Shown here: positions 39,976 to 50,620 of the stretch, piece by piece
Position numbering within the stretch: the first letter of the stretch is position 1
Layout of the letters: each line of letters begins with the position of its first letter
Assembly: GCA_963799485.1 (NCBI GenBank)
Contig: CAWCXJ010000008.1
Location: 311,526-375,525, forward strand
Source: an uncultured Trueperaceae bacterium
GTDB taxonomy: Bacteria; Deinococcota; Deinococci; Deinococcales; Trueperaceae
DNA length: 64,000 nt
Direction: 5' to 3'
Position numbers and translations under genes: made by a program
The notes under the pieces: model-generated
Databases searched by the model: none
What the model saw: only the letters and a program-made list of their open reading frames with translations
What the model was told of the DNA's origin: nothing

Positions 39976-40503
39976 ATGAGTTATCCCCGCGAGAGCTTCA
40001 AACCGGGCGCGGGCGAGGTGCGTTCGCTGCGCCAGCGTTTGGGTCTGCGCGGTGAGCTGACGCTGGCACTTTTACCGACTATAACCGTACTCGCTGTGTT
40101 TGCCTTTGTCGAAGTGCTGAGTCAGCAGCGGCTACTATTCGCCTCGCTTGCCTCGAGCGCGTTTTTAATCTACCTGGACCCGCAACACGGCATGAACAGC
40201 GTCCGCACGCTCGTTGTCGCGCACCTCATCGCCGCCGGTTTGGGCTTCGGCACTTTTGTCCTTTTTAGCGACGGTTACTTAGCAGGTGGAGCCGCCATGC
40301 TCGGCACCGTCGTGCTGATGATCGTTTTCGACAAGGTGCATCCACCCGCCGTCTCGACCTCATTAAGTTTTGCGTTTCGGGCCGGGAGTGCGAGCAACCT
40401 GTTACTTTTTATCCTGGCGATAGGGATTACGGTGTTGCTGGTAGGGCTCGAGCAGGTCGCTGTCTGGTTAGCCGCGCGGTACGAGGCTGGCTCCGAGACC
40501 TAA
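39976..40503 (+). CDS. HPP family membrane protein
   Basis: ASLASSAFL, VHPPA. Confidence 0.82.
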   Translation: MSYPRESFKPGAGEVRSLRQRLGLRGELTLALLPTITVLAVFAFVEVLSQQRLLFASLASSAFLIYLDPQHGMNSVRTLVVAHLIAAGLGFGTFVLFSDGYLAGGAAMLGTVVLMIVFDKVHPPAVSTSLSFAFRAGSASNLLLFILAIGITVLLVGLEQVAVWLAARYEAGSET

Positions 40504-40536
40504 ACCGGCACTCAATCTAAAGTTGAAGAGGAGCAC

Positions 40537-41037
40537 ATGACCCAAGAACCTGAAACCAAAAGGCAGAGCCCCGCCGGAGAATCGTGGACGAGCTTTTTGC
40601 TCCCTATCGCCCTGATTTTCGGGCTGGTGCTGCTCTTAAGCCTCAACACGAACGTCGGCGGCAGCGTCGGTGAAAGCCTCGAAAGCAATCCGCTCGAGAC
40701 CTGGCTTAAACTCATCGTCGGCTATTTTGCGGCGGGCGCGGAGATTGCGGCGGCGCTGGTAATCGGGATTGCGATTTTGCGCGGCCTTCTGTCCTATGTG
40801 CAGCTGCTTTTTTCACGTTCGGTAGTTGAAAGCAGCGCCACCGAAGGCATCCGCCTCAGGCTCGGGCGGGTACTGACGCTCGGGCTCGAGTTTACCGTCG
40901 CCAGCGACATTTTGCGGACAGCCGTCGCCCCAACCCGGCGAGATATTTTGAACCTGGGCGCGATTGTACTGTTGAGGACGCTGCTAAACTATTTTCTCGC
41001 GCAGGAAATCGAGCAGGCAGAAGCCAAACGCCTATAA
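40537..41037 (+). CDS. DUF1622 membrane protein
   Basis: LGLEFTVASDILRT, IVLLRTLLNYFL. Confidence 0.85.
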   Translation: MTQEPETKRQSPAGESWTSFLLPIALIFGLVLLLSLNTNVGGSVGESLESNPLETWLKLIVGYFAAGAEIAAALVIGIAILRGLLSYVQLLFSRSVVESSATEGIRLRLGRVLTLGLEFTVASDILRTAVAPTRRDILNLGAIVLLRTLLNYFLAQEIEQAEAKRL

Positions 41038-41180
41038 TCAGCCTCACGCAAGGAGGTCGGGATACTTGCTTGGTACGACAGGTCGGGAAGAGGGGCGGGC
41101 CGATCGCTACGCACGAACTCACGGTTCCGGGTCTGATGCGGCCTTACCCCTACCCACATTCAACATACAAGGGCTTATAG

Positions 41181-42530
41181 CTACTGCTGCGCGATCTGAC
41201 GGCTGACCTCCAAGACCTCGTTAAAGGCGGCCTGAAGTGCCGGGTCGTTTTCCAGATTGACGATAGCTTCACCCTGAACGGCGCTGTCTGCGGGGCGCTC
41301 AAAAGGCTGGACGAAGGTAAAGCTGCCGTCGGCGTCGACGCGGGCGTTGCCGAGCTTTTTACCGTCGACGAGAATCTCGATTTTCTGGCCCTGCTGCGCG
41401 CCCTGACCCTCGAGCGCCAGCACTTCAGGCACGAGCGTATCATCGACCTCAACATCAGGCGTAATGCCTTTTTCATTGATGCTGCGGCGGTCGGGTGTCA
41501 GCCACTCGAACGACAAATAGACGAGTTGCCCGCCGTTAGGGAGCGAAATCACGCTCTGCCCGACGCCCTTACCGAAGGTTTTCTCACCGACGATTTCGGC
41601 GCGCCCGTTGTCTTGCAGCGCCCCGGCAACGATCTCTGAAGCCGACGCCGAGTTGCGGTTGACCAAAACCACCATAGGCCAGTCGAACGCGGCGGGGTCG
41701 GCCTCGGCGAGGCGCTGCGTCACGCCGCGCGCCCGCTGAAAGACGATGTCGCCGCTGCTTAAAAACTCGTCGGCAACGCGAATACCCTGGTCGAGCAGGC
41801 CGCCGCCGTTATTGCGGAGGTCGAGGATAAGCGAACTTACGCCCTGCGCTTTAAGCGAGTTCAGCGCCGCGTCCAGCTGGTCGAAGACTCTGGCGTTGGC
41901 AAACGAACGGATACTCACATAGCCGACATCTTGCGGCAGCACCGCCGATTCGACGTCGATGATGTCGATACTGCCGCGCGTCACCGTCAAACGGACGGGT
42001 TTGTCTTGTCCGGGACGACGAAAACCGAGTTGAACCTTGGTTCCGGCCGGGCCACGCACTTTCTGGACAATCTCGTTCGTCGTCGCGTCGCGCACATTTT
42101 CGCCGTCGATCTCGACAAAGATATCCCCGGACTTGACTCCGGCTTTTTCAGCGGGCGAACCGCGGTAGACGGTAATCACCTCGACAATGGTGTCTTTTTC
42201 GCGGTTGCGCGGTTGCAACGTCGCGCCGATGCCCTGAAACGAGCCACTCCGGTTTTCGACCTCTTGCGCGGCCTGTTCGGGGGACGCGTAACTCGTGTAG
42301 GGGTCTTCTAGCGCCTCCAACATCCCGGTAATCGAACCCTCGAGCAACTTGTTGTCATCGACTTTGTTGAGATAACCCGCGTTCAGCGCGCCGTAAACTT
42401 GCGCCAAGGCGCGGCCCGCCGGAGACTCCAGAAGGTCGCCGCCACCACTGAAATTGCCAAAAAACTGCGCGCTCGCTACGAGCGGCAAACCTAGAAGTGC
42501 CACGACCAGGAGCATCCGCCTTCGTTTCAT
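41181..42530 (-). CDS. ctpA: S41A carboxyl-terminal processing protease with PDZ
   Basis: DLRNNGGG, SASASE, TFGKG, GITPD; start after GGAGG. Confidence 0.88.
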   Translation of the reverse strand: MKRRRMLLVVALLGLPLVASAQFFGNFSGGGDLLESPAGRALAQVYGALNAGYLNKVDDNKLLEGSITGMLEALEDPYTSYASPEQAAQEVENRSGSFQGIGATLQPRNREKDTIVEVITVYRGSPAEKAGVKSGDIFVEIDGENVRDATTNEIVQKVRGPAGTKVQLGFRRPGQDKPVRLTVTRGSIDIIDVESAVLPQDVGYVSIRSFANARVFDQLDAALNSLKAQGVSSLILDLRNNGGGLLDQGIRVADEFLSSGDIVFQRARGVTQRLAEADPAAFDWPMVVLVNRNSASASEIVAGALQDNGRAEIVGEKTFGKGVGQSVISLPNGGQLVYLSFEWLTPDRRSINEKGITPDVEVDDTLVPEVLALEGQGAQQGQKIEILVDGKKLGNARVDADGSFTFVQPFERPADSAVQGEAIVNLENDPALQAAFNEVLEVSRQIAQQ

Positions 42531-42648
42531 AGTGCCTCCACACCCAAGTGTACCCTTCACGCGTACACGTTTAAGTATCCAAAGTATACGGCGGCTCGGT
42601 AAGACCAACAGGGAGATTTACCCCTCACGCGCCCTATATACTCGGGTG

Positions 42649-43410
42649 GTGATACGTGAGAAAGAGAGCCTGAACCAGCTCAAAGAAGGCCGCTTGAGCG
42701 AAGCCCTGAGCGCCGAACTCGCGGAGGCGGAGCCCGACGCCGAGCTGCTTGTTTTGCTGAAAAGGTTGGACGACGTACTCGAGTACCTCCGCGAAAAACG
42801 TTACGCACAGGCGCTTAAACTTGCGGCGCGGCTCGAGCCGGTCGGCGACTTTGAACCGGACGCTGTGCGGGCGAGCGTCGCGGTACTGGAGCAGAGCGGT
42901 AAGGAACTGGGACAAGGCAAGGCGAAAGAGGCGCTAACGCTACTAGATGAGGTTCCGCACCCGCTGTTAGCCGCCGAACACGAAACCCAGCGCGGCACCG
43001 CCTACGTCTTTTTGGGCGAGACCGAAACTGCCGAAACCGCCTTTAAGCGCGCCGCCGAACTCGACCCCAAACACTACCGGGCGCTGACCAATCTGGGAAA
43101 CTTGCTGCTCGAGGAGGGCCGCACCGACGAAGCCGTCGTGCTTTACGAACGGGCCATCCGGCTTAACGAGGGTTTTCCCAACGCCCACCACAACCTCGGC
43201 GTAGCGTACCGCCGTAAAGGGCAGGTCAGTAAAAGCGTCGCTGCGATTCGCCGCGCCCAAAGGGTCGCGCGGCGGCGCGACAGCGAAGAGGCGCGGGTCG
43301 TGGTGCGCTCGTTTGCCGGGACTCAGGGCAAAAAATACCTTAGATGGCTGCTTTACGGCGGGCTTGCGCTGGGGCTTTATCTGCTGCTCAGGGCGCAGGG
43401 GGTTATCTAG
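42649..43410 (+). CDS. Tetratricopeptide repeat protein with C-terminal TM helix
   Basis: TPR repeats ALTNLG, AHHNLG; TATACT 6 nt upstream of GTG. Confidence 0.8.
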   Translation: MIREKESLNQLKEGRLSEALSAELAEAEPDAELLVLLKRLDDVLEYLREKRYAQALKLAARLEPVGDFEPDAVRASVAVLEQSGKELGQGKAKEALTLLDEVPHPLLAAEHETQRGTAYVFLGETETAETAFKRAAELDPKHYRALTNLGNLLLEEGRTDEAVVLYERAIRLNEGFPNAHHNLGVAYRRKGQVSKSVAAIRRAQRVARRRDSEEARVVVRSFAGTQGKKYLRWLLYGGLALGLYLLLRAQGVI

Positions 43411-43548
43411 CGCGGAAGCAGGAACTTAGAAGTAGGCATACGGGTACGCTCGAGCCTCTTTTTAGCCTTTGCAACCTAGAGACCAAAATGGGGAATTATC
43501 ACACTTTTCAACTTTGCAAAAGCTGCATAGTGGCCTCAGGAGGAAACA

Positions 43549-43737
43549 ATGCGTGACGATTTACGTATGCCCGTCGGCAACCCGATGAACGATGAGGGTG
43601 ATGTAGGCAAAGACACTGAAGAAAGCAACGACGAAGCGCAAAAGATAGACCAGCAGATTTCCGACGACCCCATGGTCGAGGAGGACGGAACGTCTTACGA
43701 CCCGGCAACCCAGGCACCCAAAAAAGCCCAGCAGTAA
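43549..43737 (+). CDS. Small acidic hydrophilic protein (62 aa)
   Basis: Strong SD AGGAGG; D/E/Q-rich composition. Confidence 0.6.
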   Translation: MRDDLRMPVGNPMNDEGDVGKDTEESNDEAQKIDQQISDDPMVEEDGTSYDPATQAPKKAQQ

Positions 43738-43834
43738 GGGGGACATTGTGAGCAGAGAAGGGCCCCTGCGCAGCGACCTCGAGCCCAAAAAGCGCTGAGG
43801 TTTCGGCCTCAGCGCTCCCGGAACCGGCTTTCTG

Positions 43835-45172
43835 CTAGCTCTTGAGCGGCACAATCGCCAGCTTGACGTTCAGCGTTTCCTGCTTGCCACCGCGAACGAT
43901 CCCGAGTTGCACGCTGTCCCCGGCTTTTTTCGAGAAGACGACGTTTTGCAGGCTCTGACTGTCGGTGAGCTTCTGCCCATCGACAGAAACAATCACGTCG
44001 CCCCCGGCCGGCAGCTCTTGACCCTGAACGTTGACCGTAAAGTTGCTACCTCTAAGTCCGGCTTTAGCAGCAGGACTGTCCGGTTCAACGGCGATGACGA
44101 GTTCACCCGTGCTCGGCAGACCGAGCGACCGACGCACGCTTTCGGGGTAGCTCGCGACGTCCTGAACCTGCACGCCCATCCGTGGTTTGCTGCTGTACAC
44201 GTCCGTAAAGCCGCCTTTTTCGAGGCTCGCCAGATTTTGCGAAACGACGTTACTCGGGATTGCAAAGCCGATGCCCAAAAAGCCCGCCTGCCCGTCGGCA
44301 CTGATTTCCGGCAAAATCGCAGCGTTGACGCCGACAAGTTGGCCTTGCGAATCCAAGAGCGGGCCGCCCGAGTTACCGGGGTTGATAGCGGCGTCGGTTT
44401 GAATCACCGGAAAGTTGAACTGCCCGACCGAGGTAAAGTCGCGGCCCACAGCGGAGATGATGCCGGTCGTGACCGTGGACTCGAGCCCGAACGGGTTGCC
44501 GATGGCGATGACTTTTTGCCCGACCTCGAGCGAGTCCGAGTTGGCCACTGTAATCGGCTCGGCCCCTTTAGGCAAGTCTTTTTTGTTCGTCAGCTCCAAA
44601 AGCGCCAAATCGTAAGACGGGTTGACGCCGACAACCTTTACCGGCAACTTGTCGGCGCTGCCGGTAAAGGTGACCGTCAGCGTCGCGCCCTCTTTAAGCG
44701 TGGTGCTGTTCGCGGTCAAGGCGCCCGCAACGACGTGAAAGTTCGTCATCAGGCGGCCCTGTTTATCGACGACAAACCCGCTCCCCGCGCCTTGCAACGG
44801 TGCCGGCGGCGCGCCGCCCGGCGGCGTCCCGAACTGCTGACCAAATTGCTGGAAAAACTGCTGAAACTCCGGCGGTACGTTCTGCAAGCCTTGTCCTTGC
44901 ATAAACGGGTTGACCTGTTGCCCCTGAACCTCGACATTGACCGAAACGACGCTCGGCCCGTAAGTCTTAAAGACGTTGACGGTGTTGGTCTCGTCTTGGA
45001 GAAGCGCCTGCTTTTCGTTGAAGGGCTGTACCGCTGCCGTCGTTTGGGTAACGCCCTGCTCACCCTGCGCCTGCACGTAGGACGCGAGCGGCGCGCCGTA
45101 CTGTGTATAAAGGACACCGCCGCCGGCTAACAGCGCTGTAAGCGATAGAGGAAGTAAGATTTTTTTGTTCAT
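43835..45172 (-). CDS. HtrA/DegP family serine protease with PDZ
   Basis: GSGF, TNFHVV, IGNPFGL, QTDAAINPGNSGGPL. Confidence 0.93.
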   Translation of the reverse strand: MNKKILLPLSLTALLAGGGVLYTQYGAPLASYVQAQGEQGVTQTTAAVQPFNEKQALLQDETNTVNVFKTYGPSVVSVNVEVQGQQVNPFMQGQGLQNVPPEFQQFFQQFGQQFGTPPGGAPPAPLQGAGSGFVVDKQGRLMTNFHVVAGALTANSTTLKEGATLTVTFTGSADKLPVKVVGVNPSYDLALLELTNKKDLPKGAEPITVANSDSLEVGQKVIAIGNPFGLESTVTTGIISAVGRDFTSVGQFNFPVIQTDAAINPGNSGGPLLDSQGQLVGVNAAILPEISADGQAGFLGIGFAIPSNVVSQNLASLEKGGFTDVYSSKPRMGVQVQDVASYPESVRRSLGLPSTGELVIAVEPDSPAAKAGLRGSNFTVNVQGQELPAGGDVIVSVDGQKLTDSQSLQNVVFSKKAGDSVQLGIVRGGKQETLNVKLAIVPLKS

Positions 45173-45456
45173 ACCACGCTCCCTGAAGTTTGGAACGCGC
45201 TCTAGCGTCCCAGCACCTTCAACCTTAAGGCCGGTAGATGAGCCGGCATCCCGGCTGCGGTTTGGAGAGCATGAAGCGGTTATGGCAAGGACTTTAATCT
45301 CGCCTCAAGCTTTTATTAGAATTGCCTTTTAGAAGTTTGGGCCGTGAGTGACGTAAAAGCTGTAGTCAAAAAGAATAGCTCGACGCTCATTTTACCATCT
45401 TTCTCATTTCGTCTTCCGGATTCAAGCTCGAGCCCAAAGCCGCAATCCCCAGCCGC

Positions 45457-46614
45457 TCAGGTGTGATAGTCCGCGTTGATACGCACATAATCTGCGGTGA
45501 GGTCACACCCCCAAGCCGTGCCCGAACCCGTGCCGACCGCCAAAGCCAGCTGAATCACGAGTTCCGGCGCGTCCATGGCGCCCACGACTTCACCGGCGTC
45601 GAAAGCTTGGGGTGAACCGTCGTAGACCAGCGCGCCCTGCACCCGGATGCTCAGCGCGGACAATGCAAGCGCTACCCCGGTCGCCCCGACGCTGCTCAAA
45701 ATGCGGCCCCAGTTCGGGTCGTTGCCGTGCGCGGCAGACTTCACCAGTGGGCTGAGGACAACCGCACGCGCCGCCTGCCGCGCCTCGGCGTCGCTCGCTG
45801 CGCCCGTGACCTCGACCGTAAGCAGTTTGGTCGCGCCTTCGCCGTCACGCGCAATCTGCTTCGCCAAGTTCTGCGCGACCCCTGTCAGACCCCGGACAAA
45901 CTCGGCCTCGTCTACAGCGATGCGCGGATTGGCGAGCAAAAACGCCATATCGTTGGGTGAGGTGTCGCCGTCGACCGTCACCTGGTTAAAGCTCTCGGCG
46001 ACGACCGCAGGCCAGCGGGAACGCAACGCCCTTTGCGGCACGTCGGCGTCGGTCAAAACAAAGCCGAACATCGTCGCCATATTCGGGTGAATCATCCCGG
46101 AGCCTTTGGCGATACCGACGATGCGGGCACCGCCGGCAAGGGTCGTTTCGGCGGTTTTTTGCACCAGGTCGGTGGTCAAAATCGCTCGAGCCAAAGTTTC
46201 CACACCGTTTTCAAGCTTTGAAGCTAGAGCAGGCAAGGCAATTTCCAACTTCTCGACCGGCAACAGCTCCCCAATTACGCCCGTACTCGCGGTCAAGACT
46301 TCGTGGGGTAAAACCTCGAGCGCAGCGGCGGCAGTAGCGGCAAAACGTTCGTTGCGGCGCACGCCCTCCTCACCTGTCGCACAATTTGCGTTGCCGCTGT
46401 TAATCACCACAGCCCGAACGGCTTGGTCGCTGTCGGCAAGGTCTTTGTTGCGGCTGACACACGCCGCTTTGAGCGTATTGGTCGTCGCAGCGAGCGCCCA
46501 GCGCAGGGGCGCGTCGGACACAATGAGCGCGCAGTCGGGTTTACTCGAGGCTTTAATCCCGGCAGTTCCCGCGGCAGCTAAAAATCCCTGCGGTAGTTTT
46601 AAGGTGCCGCTCAC
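45457..46614 (-). CDS. argJ: Glutamate N-acetyltransferase / ornithine acetyltransferase
   Basis: NSGNAN, STGVIG, KGSGMIHPNMATM, DGEGATK, DPNWGR. Confidence 0.95.
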   Translation of the reverse strand: MSGTLKLPQGFLAAAGTAGIKASSKPDCALIVSDAPLRWALAATTNTLKAACVSRNKDLADSDQAVRAVVINSGNANCATGEEGVRRNERFAATAAAALEVLPHEVLTASTGVIGELLPVEKLEIALPALASKLENGVETLARAILTTDLVQKTAETTLAGGARIVGIAKGSGMIHPNMATMFGFVLTDADVPQRALRSRWPAVVAESFNQVTVDGDTSPNDMAFLLANPRIAVDEAEFVRGLTGVAQNLAKQIARDGEGATKLLTVEVTGAASDAEARQAARAVVLSPLVKSAAHGNDPNWGRILSSVGATGVALALSALSIRVQGALVYDGSPQAFDAGEVVGAMDAPELVIQLALAVGTGSGTAWGCDLTADYVRINADYHT

Positions 46615-47675
46615 GGCCACATTCCTTGCATAAACAACCCCGTCATCTCACCGAAGCCGTTGGCGACGTTAAACGCCTGTACCGCCTGTCCCGCTGCCCC
46701 TTTACCGAGATTGTCTGTGACCGCAAACGCCGATACCAAGCCGCTGCGCTTGTCGAACCGTACCGCGACGATAGTCCGGTCGCTGCCGTAAACGGCTTTG
46801 GTTTGCGGCAGGTCACGCTGCACCGTAACGAGTTTTTCGCCACTATAGAAGTTTTGGTAGAGCTTGAGCAACCCCGCGTCGCCAAGCCCGTCTTGCGCCG
46901 GGCGCGTGGTGCAGGTGGCCAGAATGCCTCTTGTCATCGGGATGAGGTGCGGCGTAAAACTCACCGTGGGTTTGGCGAAGTCGCCACGCGTTTTGGCCTG
47001 TTTTCCGTACTGCTGCACGCGCCCGAGCGTATCTTCAATTTCAGCCGTGTGGCGGTGCGTCCCGGCGACCTTGTACGGTTTGGCGTTTTCGTTCGTTTCC
47101 GGGTAATGAAGCCCCAAAGACGTGCTCCGACCTGCGCCCGACACCCCCGCCAGCACATTGACGATGATGTCGCGGCCTAAGAGACCATTTGCCGCCAGCG
47201 GCGCGAGCGCCAGGTTCGCCGTGGTCGAGTTGCAGCCGGGAACTGCGACCAGCTCGGCACCTTTAAGCTCGTCCCGGTGCAGCTCGACGAGCCCGTAAAC
47301 CGCCTTGCTACACAGCTCCGGATGCGGATGCGGCCCGTACCACAGCGCGTAATCTTCCGGCGAAAGCCTGAAGTCCGCCGACAGGTCGATAACCCGTTTG
47401 CCCGCACCTAACGCCTTTTCAACCAGCGGCGCGGTTTCAGCGTGTGGCGTCGCACAAAAAAGAACCTCGCACCCGGCGATAACCGCGTCCGTATCTTCAA
47501 AAGTCAGCTCACTACGCCCTGCCAGTTGAGGCCAGCACGCGCTTACGGATTTTCCCAAAAACTGCCGACTGGCAGTGCCCGCCACGGTAACGTGCGGATG
47601 CGTGAGCAACCGGCGCAAGAGTTCTGCGCCGCCATAACCACTCGCTCCCAGAATCCCGACTTTAAGCTTGCTCAT
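46611..47675 (-). CDS. argC: N-acetyl-gamma-glutamyl-phosphate reductase
   Basis: GASGYGG, DLSADFR, PGC, GVSGAG, HRH, DNLGKGAAGQA. Confidence 0.92.
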   Translation of the reverse strand: MSKLKVGILGASGYGGAELLRRLLTHPHVTVAGTASRQFLGKSVSACWPQLAGRSELTFEDTDAVIAGCEVLFCATPHAETAPLVEKALGAGKRVIDLSADFRLSPEDYALWYGPHPHPELCSKAVYGLVELHRDELKGAELVAVPGCNSTTANLALAPLAANGLLGRDIIVNVLAGVSGAGRSTSLGLHYPETNENAKPYKVAGTHRHTAEIEDTLGRVQQYGKQAKTRGDFAKPTVSFTPHLIPMTRGILATCTTRPAQDGLGDAGLLKLYQNFYSGEKLVTVQRDLPQTKAVYGSDRTIVAVRFDKRSGLVSAFAVTDNLGKGAAGQAVQAFNVANGFGEMTGLFMQGMWP

Positions 47676-48637
47676 TCGTCGCGCAGCAGTTGAAACAAGA
47701 TCGCTTTGTGCGCGTGCAGGCGGTTCTCGGCCTGGTCGAAAACGCGGCTACGGGGGTTGTAGACGACCTCTTCGGTGACTTCCTCACCGTAGTGCGCGGG
47801 CAAGTCGTGCATGAACACGCCGCGTTCTGAAAGCGCGTCAAGCCACTCGAGCGTTACGGTATAGCCCCCAAACGCGGCGCGGCGGCGTTCGGTGTCTTCT
47901 TGCCCCATCGAAATCCACACGTCGGTATAGAGAACATCGGCACCCTCGGCGGCCTCGCGCGGGTCGTGAACGATGCTCACGTCGGCACCTTTGGCGCGGG
48001 CCGCCGCGAGCACGCCCGCGTCCGGTTCGTATCCTTCTGGACAAGCGACCCTCAAGCTGACGCCGGTCAGCGCCGCCGCGTTGATGTGCGAGTTGCAGAC
48101 GTTGTTGCCGTCGCCGACGAAAGTGACCTTGAGCCCGAAAAGTTCCCCGAACACCTCTTTTAAGGTGAGGTAGTCCGCTGTCAGCTGGCACGGGTGCAAG
48201 AGGTCGGAGAGCCCGTTGATGACCGGAACGTCGGCGTGTTTGACGAGTTCTAAAAGCGTTCCGTGACCGTAAGTGCGGGCCATAATCGCTTCTGTCCAAC
48301 GCTCGAGGTTGTGCGCCACATCCCGGATGGTCTCGCGCACACCCCAGCCGATATAGTTTTGCGACAACAACACCGAGTGCCCGCCGAGCTGATACATGGC
48401 GATATCGAAGGTCGAACGCGTCCGCAAAGACTGTTTTTCAAAGATCATCGCCAGCGTTTTGTGTTCCAAGAGTTTGGGCCGGTCACCGTTTTTCCAACCC
48501 TGTTTGAGTGTTGATGCGCTTTCTAACAGGCCGCTAAACTCTTCGGCGCTCAAGTCGGCGAGCGAGAGTAAATCACGCCCTTTCAGGCTTTCGACAACGA
48601 CAGGGGTTTTGGGTAGTGCAGACTCAGATATGGACAT
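47672..48637 (-). CDS. argF: Ornithine carbamoyltransferase
   Basis: SLRTR, HPCQ, GDGNNV, YTDVWISMG, HDLP, QAENRLH. Confidence 0.93.
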   Translation of the reverse strand: MSISESALPKTPVVVESLKGRDLLSLADLSAEEFSGLLESASTLKQGWKNGDRPKLLEHKTLAMIFEKQSLRTRSTFDIAMYQLGGHSVLLSQNYIGWGVRETIRDVAHNLERWTEAIMARTYGHGTLLELVKHADVPVINGLSDLLHPCQLTADYLTLKEVFGELFGLKVTFVGDGNNVCNSHINAAALTGVSLRVACPEGYEPDAGVLAAARAKGADVSIVHDPREAAEGADVLYTDVWISMGQEDTERRRAAFGGYTVTLEWLDALSERGVFMHDLPAHYGEEVTEEVVYNPRSRVFDQAENRLHAHKAILFQLLRDE

Positions 48638-48806
48638 AGTTGACCTCGAGCGCTTGCTTGGGCGTTAGGGGCATAAAAGCCCGGAAACGCGATAATATAT
48701 GCAAAAGGTCTTTTGAGGCAACCCTTATCAAAACAAAGTGTAGCCGTAAAACCGAAAATTGGCAAAGCAAACGTGAATCAGCGTCTACAAATCGGCGTAA
48801 TCTCTG

Positions 48807-49937
48807 CTAAACCCCGAGCATTCCCAAATACCACGTCACGAGTGGCGTCCCGTAAAACAGTGCAGCCAATGCGCCCAAAACCAGATAAGGGCCGAACGGC
48901 ACGGCTCTCCCGCGCCCCAAAGCCTTGCCGAGCAAACCGCCAACTGCGCCGAAGACAAACGCCAAAAGAAGCGCGACAAGCAGGTTTTGCGCGCCTAACA
49001 TCGCGCCCAAAACCCCTGCCAGCTTGACGTCCCCGAACCCCATCGCCACGGGTTCATCGTCCTCTTCAGCAGGTTCTGCAGAGGCCTCGGTCGGATTTTT
49101 TAGGTCGTGCAGCCACCAGTAGAGCGCTGCGACGAGCGCCGCGCCGCCTGCTGCGACGAGCGAGCCCGAAACAGCCGTAAGCGGACCTGGTAAAAGCGTA
49201 GTCACGACGACTACAGCAACCAGCCAGAGCCCGTAAACGAGCGGTTCCGGCAGCCGCAAGGTGCGGCGGGTAGCAGCGTTTACCGCGAGTGAGCCCGCCG
49301 CACCTAAAAAGCCAAAGGGCCAACCGAAAACGCCGAAAAGCGCCGCTACATTGACCTGATCCATCCCGACAGGCCAGAGCCGCTCGCCGGTATCGCCGAA
49401 ACGCCGCAGCACGAGCGCGCCGATACGGTTGAGGAGTACCAGGAGTCCTGCGCCCAGGCACGCCCCGTAAAGCGCCCCCAAAAAGGTGGGTAAGCCGCTC
49501 CCCGGCGTATAAAAAGCCGTTCCCAATAGAGCGGTAGCGAGGGCCGGAAAGGTCAACACGTCGGGCAAGAGTTGGGTGTCGATGTCGATGGCGGCGAGGA
49601 TAACGAGGAGGGCGAAGAGAGCCAGCAGGGGAAACACAACAGGCCCGTAACTTTCCAGCGGATAACGCAGCCCCAGCGTAAAGAAGCCGAGCGCGAAGAG
49701 CGTTTCAATAAAGGGGTAACGTGCTGAAATGCTTTTTTTACAGACGCGGCAACGCGCACCCAGCGCGGCCCACGAGACGACGGGAACCAGCTCGAGCGTC
49801 CCCAGTTCGTGCCCACAATTCGGGCAGTGCGACCCTGGAAAGACGATGGACTCGCCGCGCGGCAGGCGGTAAATCACGACGTTTGCAAACGAACCGATAA
49901 GCGCCCCGAAGAGCGCCAGAGTGAGCGCGATCAACAT
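48807..49937 (-). CDS. pilD: Prepilin peptidase / N-methyltransferase
   Basis: GSFANVVIYRLP, SHCPNC..CRVC, DIDTQLLPD, MGFGDVKL, PFGPYL. Confidence 0.9.
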   Translation of the reverse strand: MLIALTLALFGALIGSFANVVIYRLPRGESIVFPGSHCPNCGHELGTLELVPVVSWAALGARCRVCKKSISARYPFIETLFALGFFTLGLRYPLESYGPVVFPLLALFALLVILAAIDIDTQLLPDVLTFPALATALLGTAFYTPGSGLPTFLGALYGACLGAGLLVLLNRIGALVLRRFGDTGERLWPVGMDQVNVAALFGVFGWPFGFLGAAGSLAVNAATRRTLRLPEPLVYGLWLVAVVVVTTLLPGPLTAVSGSLVAAGGAALVAALYWWLHDLKNPTEASAEPAEEDDEPVAMGFGDVKLAGVLGAMLGAQNLLVALLLAFVFGAVGGLLGKALGRGRAVPFGPYLVLGALAALFYGTPLVTWYLGMLGV

Positions 49938-50049
49938 AGGCTTTAGTCTAGATTTTGCGGGCTCCGGAGGACGTGTAATTTCAGGCATCGCATGACATGG
50001 CGGCGGCTCGAGACACACCTTCTCATGCTCTGTTGGTAAACTCACCCTT

Positions 50050-50589
50050 ATGCGAAAATCCTTCCTTACCCCATTTTTTGCCGTTTTAACCCTGTTGTCT
50101 TTTTCACTCGCAAGCGCCCAGGACACGAATACTGCAGCGGCGCCGCTCAGCATCGCCTTTGTGCAGACCTCACGGGTACTAGCCGCGCACCCCGCCGGTC
50201 AAGCCGCTGAAGCTTTAACCCAGCAAGCGCGAGACGAACTTCAGCAGATCGCTACAACGCTGCAACCGCTCGTCGCCAAAGCCAACGGCGGGCAGACCCT
50301 GACCCCGGAAGAGCAGAATACTTTGGAGCTGTCACAGCGCACCTACCAAGAGACGCAGCAGCGTTATCAACAGGAGATTCAAAACGCCGCTCAACCGGCA
50401 GAAGCCGAAATCAACGACATCATCGTCCGGATTGCCGAGGCGAACGGCTACACACTCGTCTTGAACCGCGAGGTCGCCGGTGGCTCGGCGCTCGTCGTTT
50501 ACGGCGCACCGAGCGTCCCGGACATCACCGAAGAGGTCATCGCACAGATTCAGGCCGCGTATCCGGACGCGGCTTCGGGGGGTAACTGA
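50050..50589 (+). CDS. OmpH/Skp family periplasmic chaperone
   Basis: Signal peptide, IAFV, coiled coil, IAEANGYTLVL, DITEEVI. Confidence 0.8.
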   Translation: MRKSFLTPFFAVLTLLSFSLASAQDTNTAAAPLSIAFVQTSRVLAAHPAGQAAEALTQQARDELQQIATTLQPLVAKANGGQTLTPEEQNTLELSQRTYQETQQRYQQEIQNAAQPAEAEINDIIVRIAEANGYTLVLNREVAGGSALVVYGAPSVPDITEEVIAQIQAAYPDAASGGN

Positions 50590-50620
50590 GTTTTTAGACT
50601 TTTAGCCGGGCGCGGCGACC

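Noticed and set aside
43907..45130. 407-aa plus-strand ORF
   Set aside because: Antisense shadow of the HtrA gene with no motifs; typical of GC-rich codon bias
45457..48637. LysW-type lysine biosynthesis genes instead of arg genes
   Set aside because: Operon with argF and argJ supports acetylated arginine biosynthesis; no lysW or lysX present
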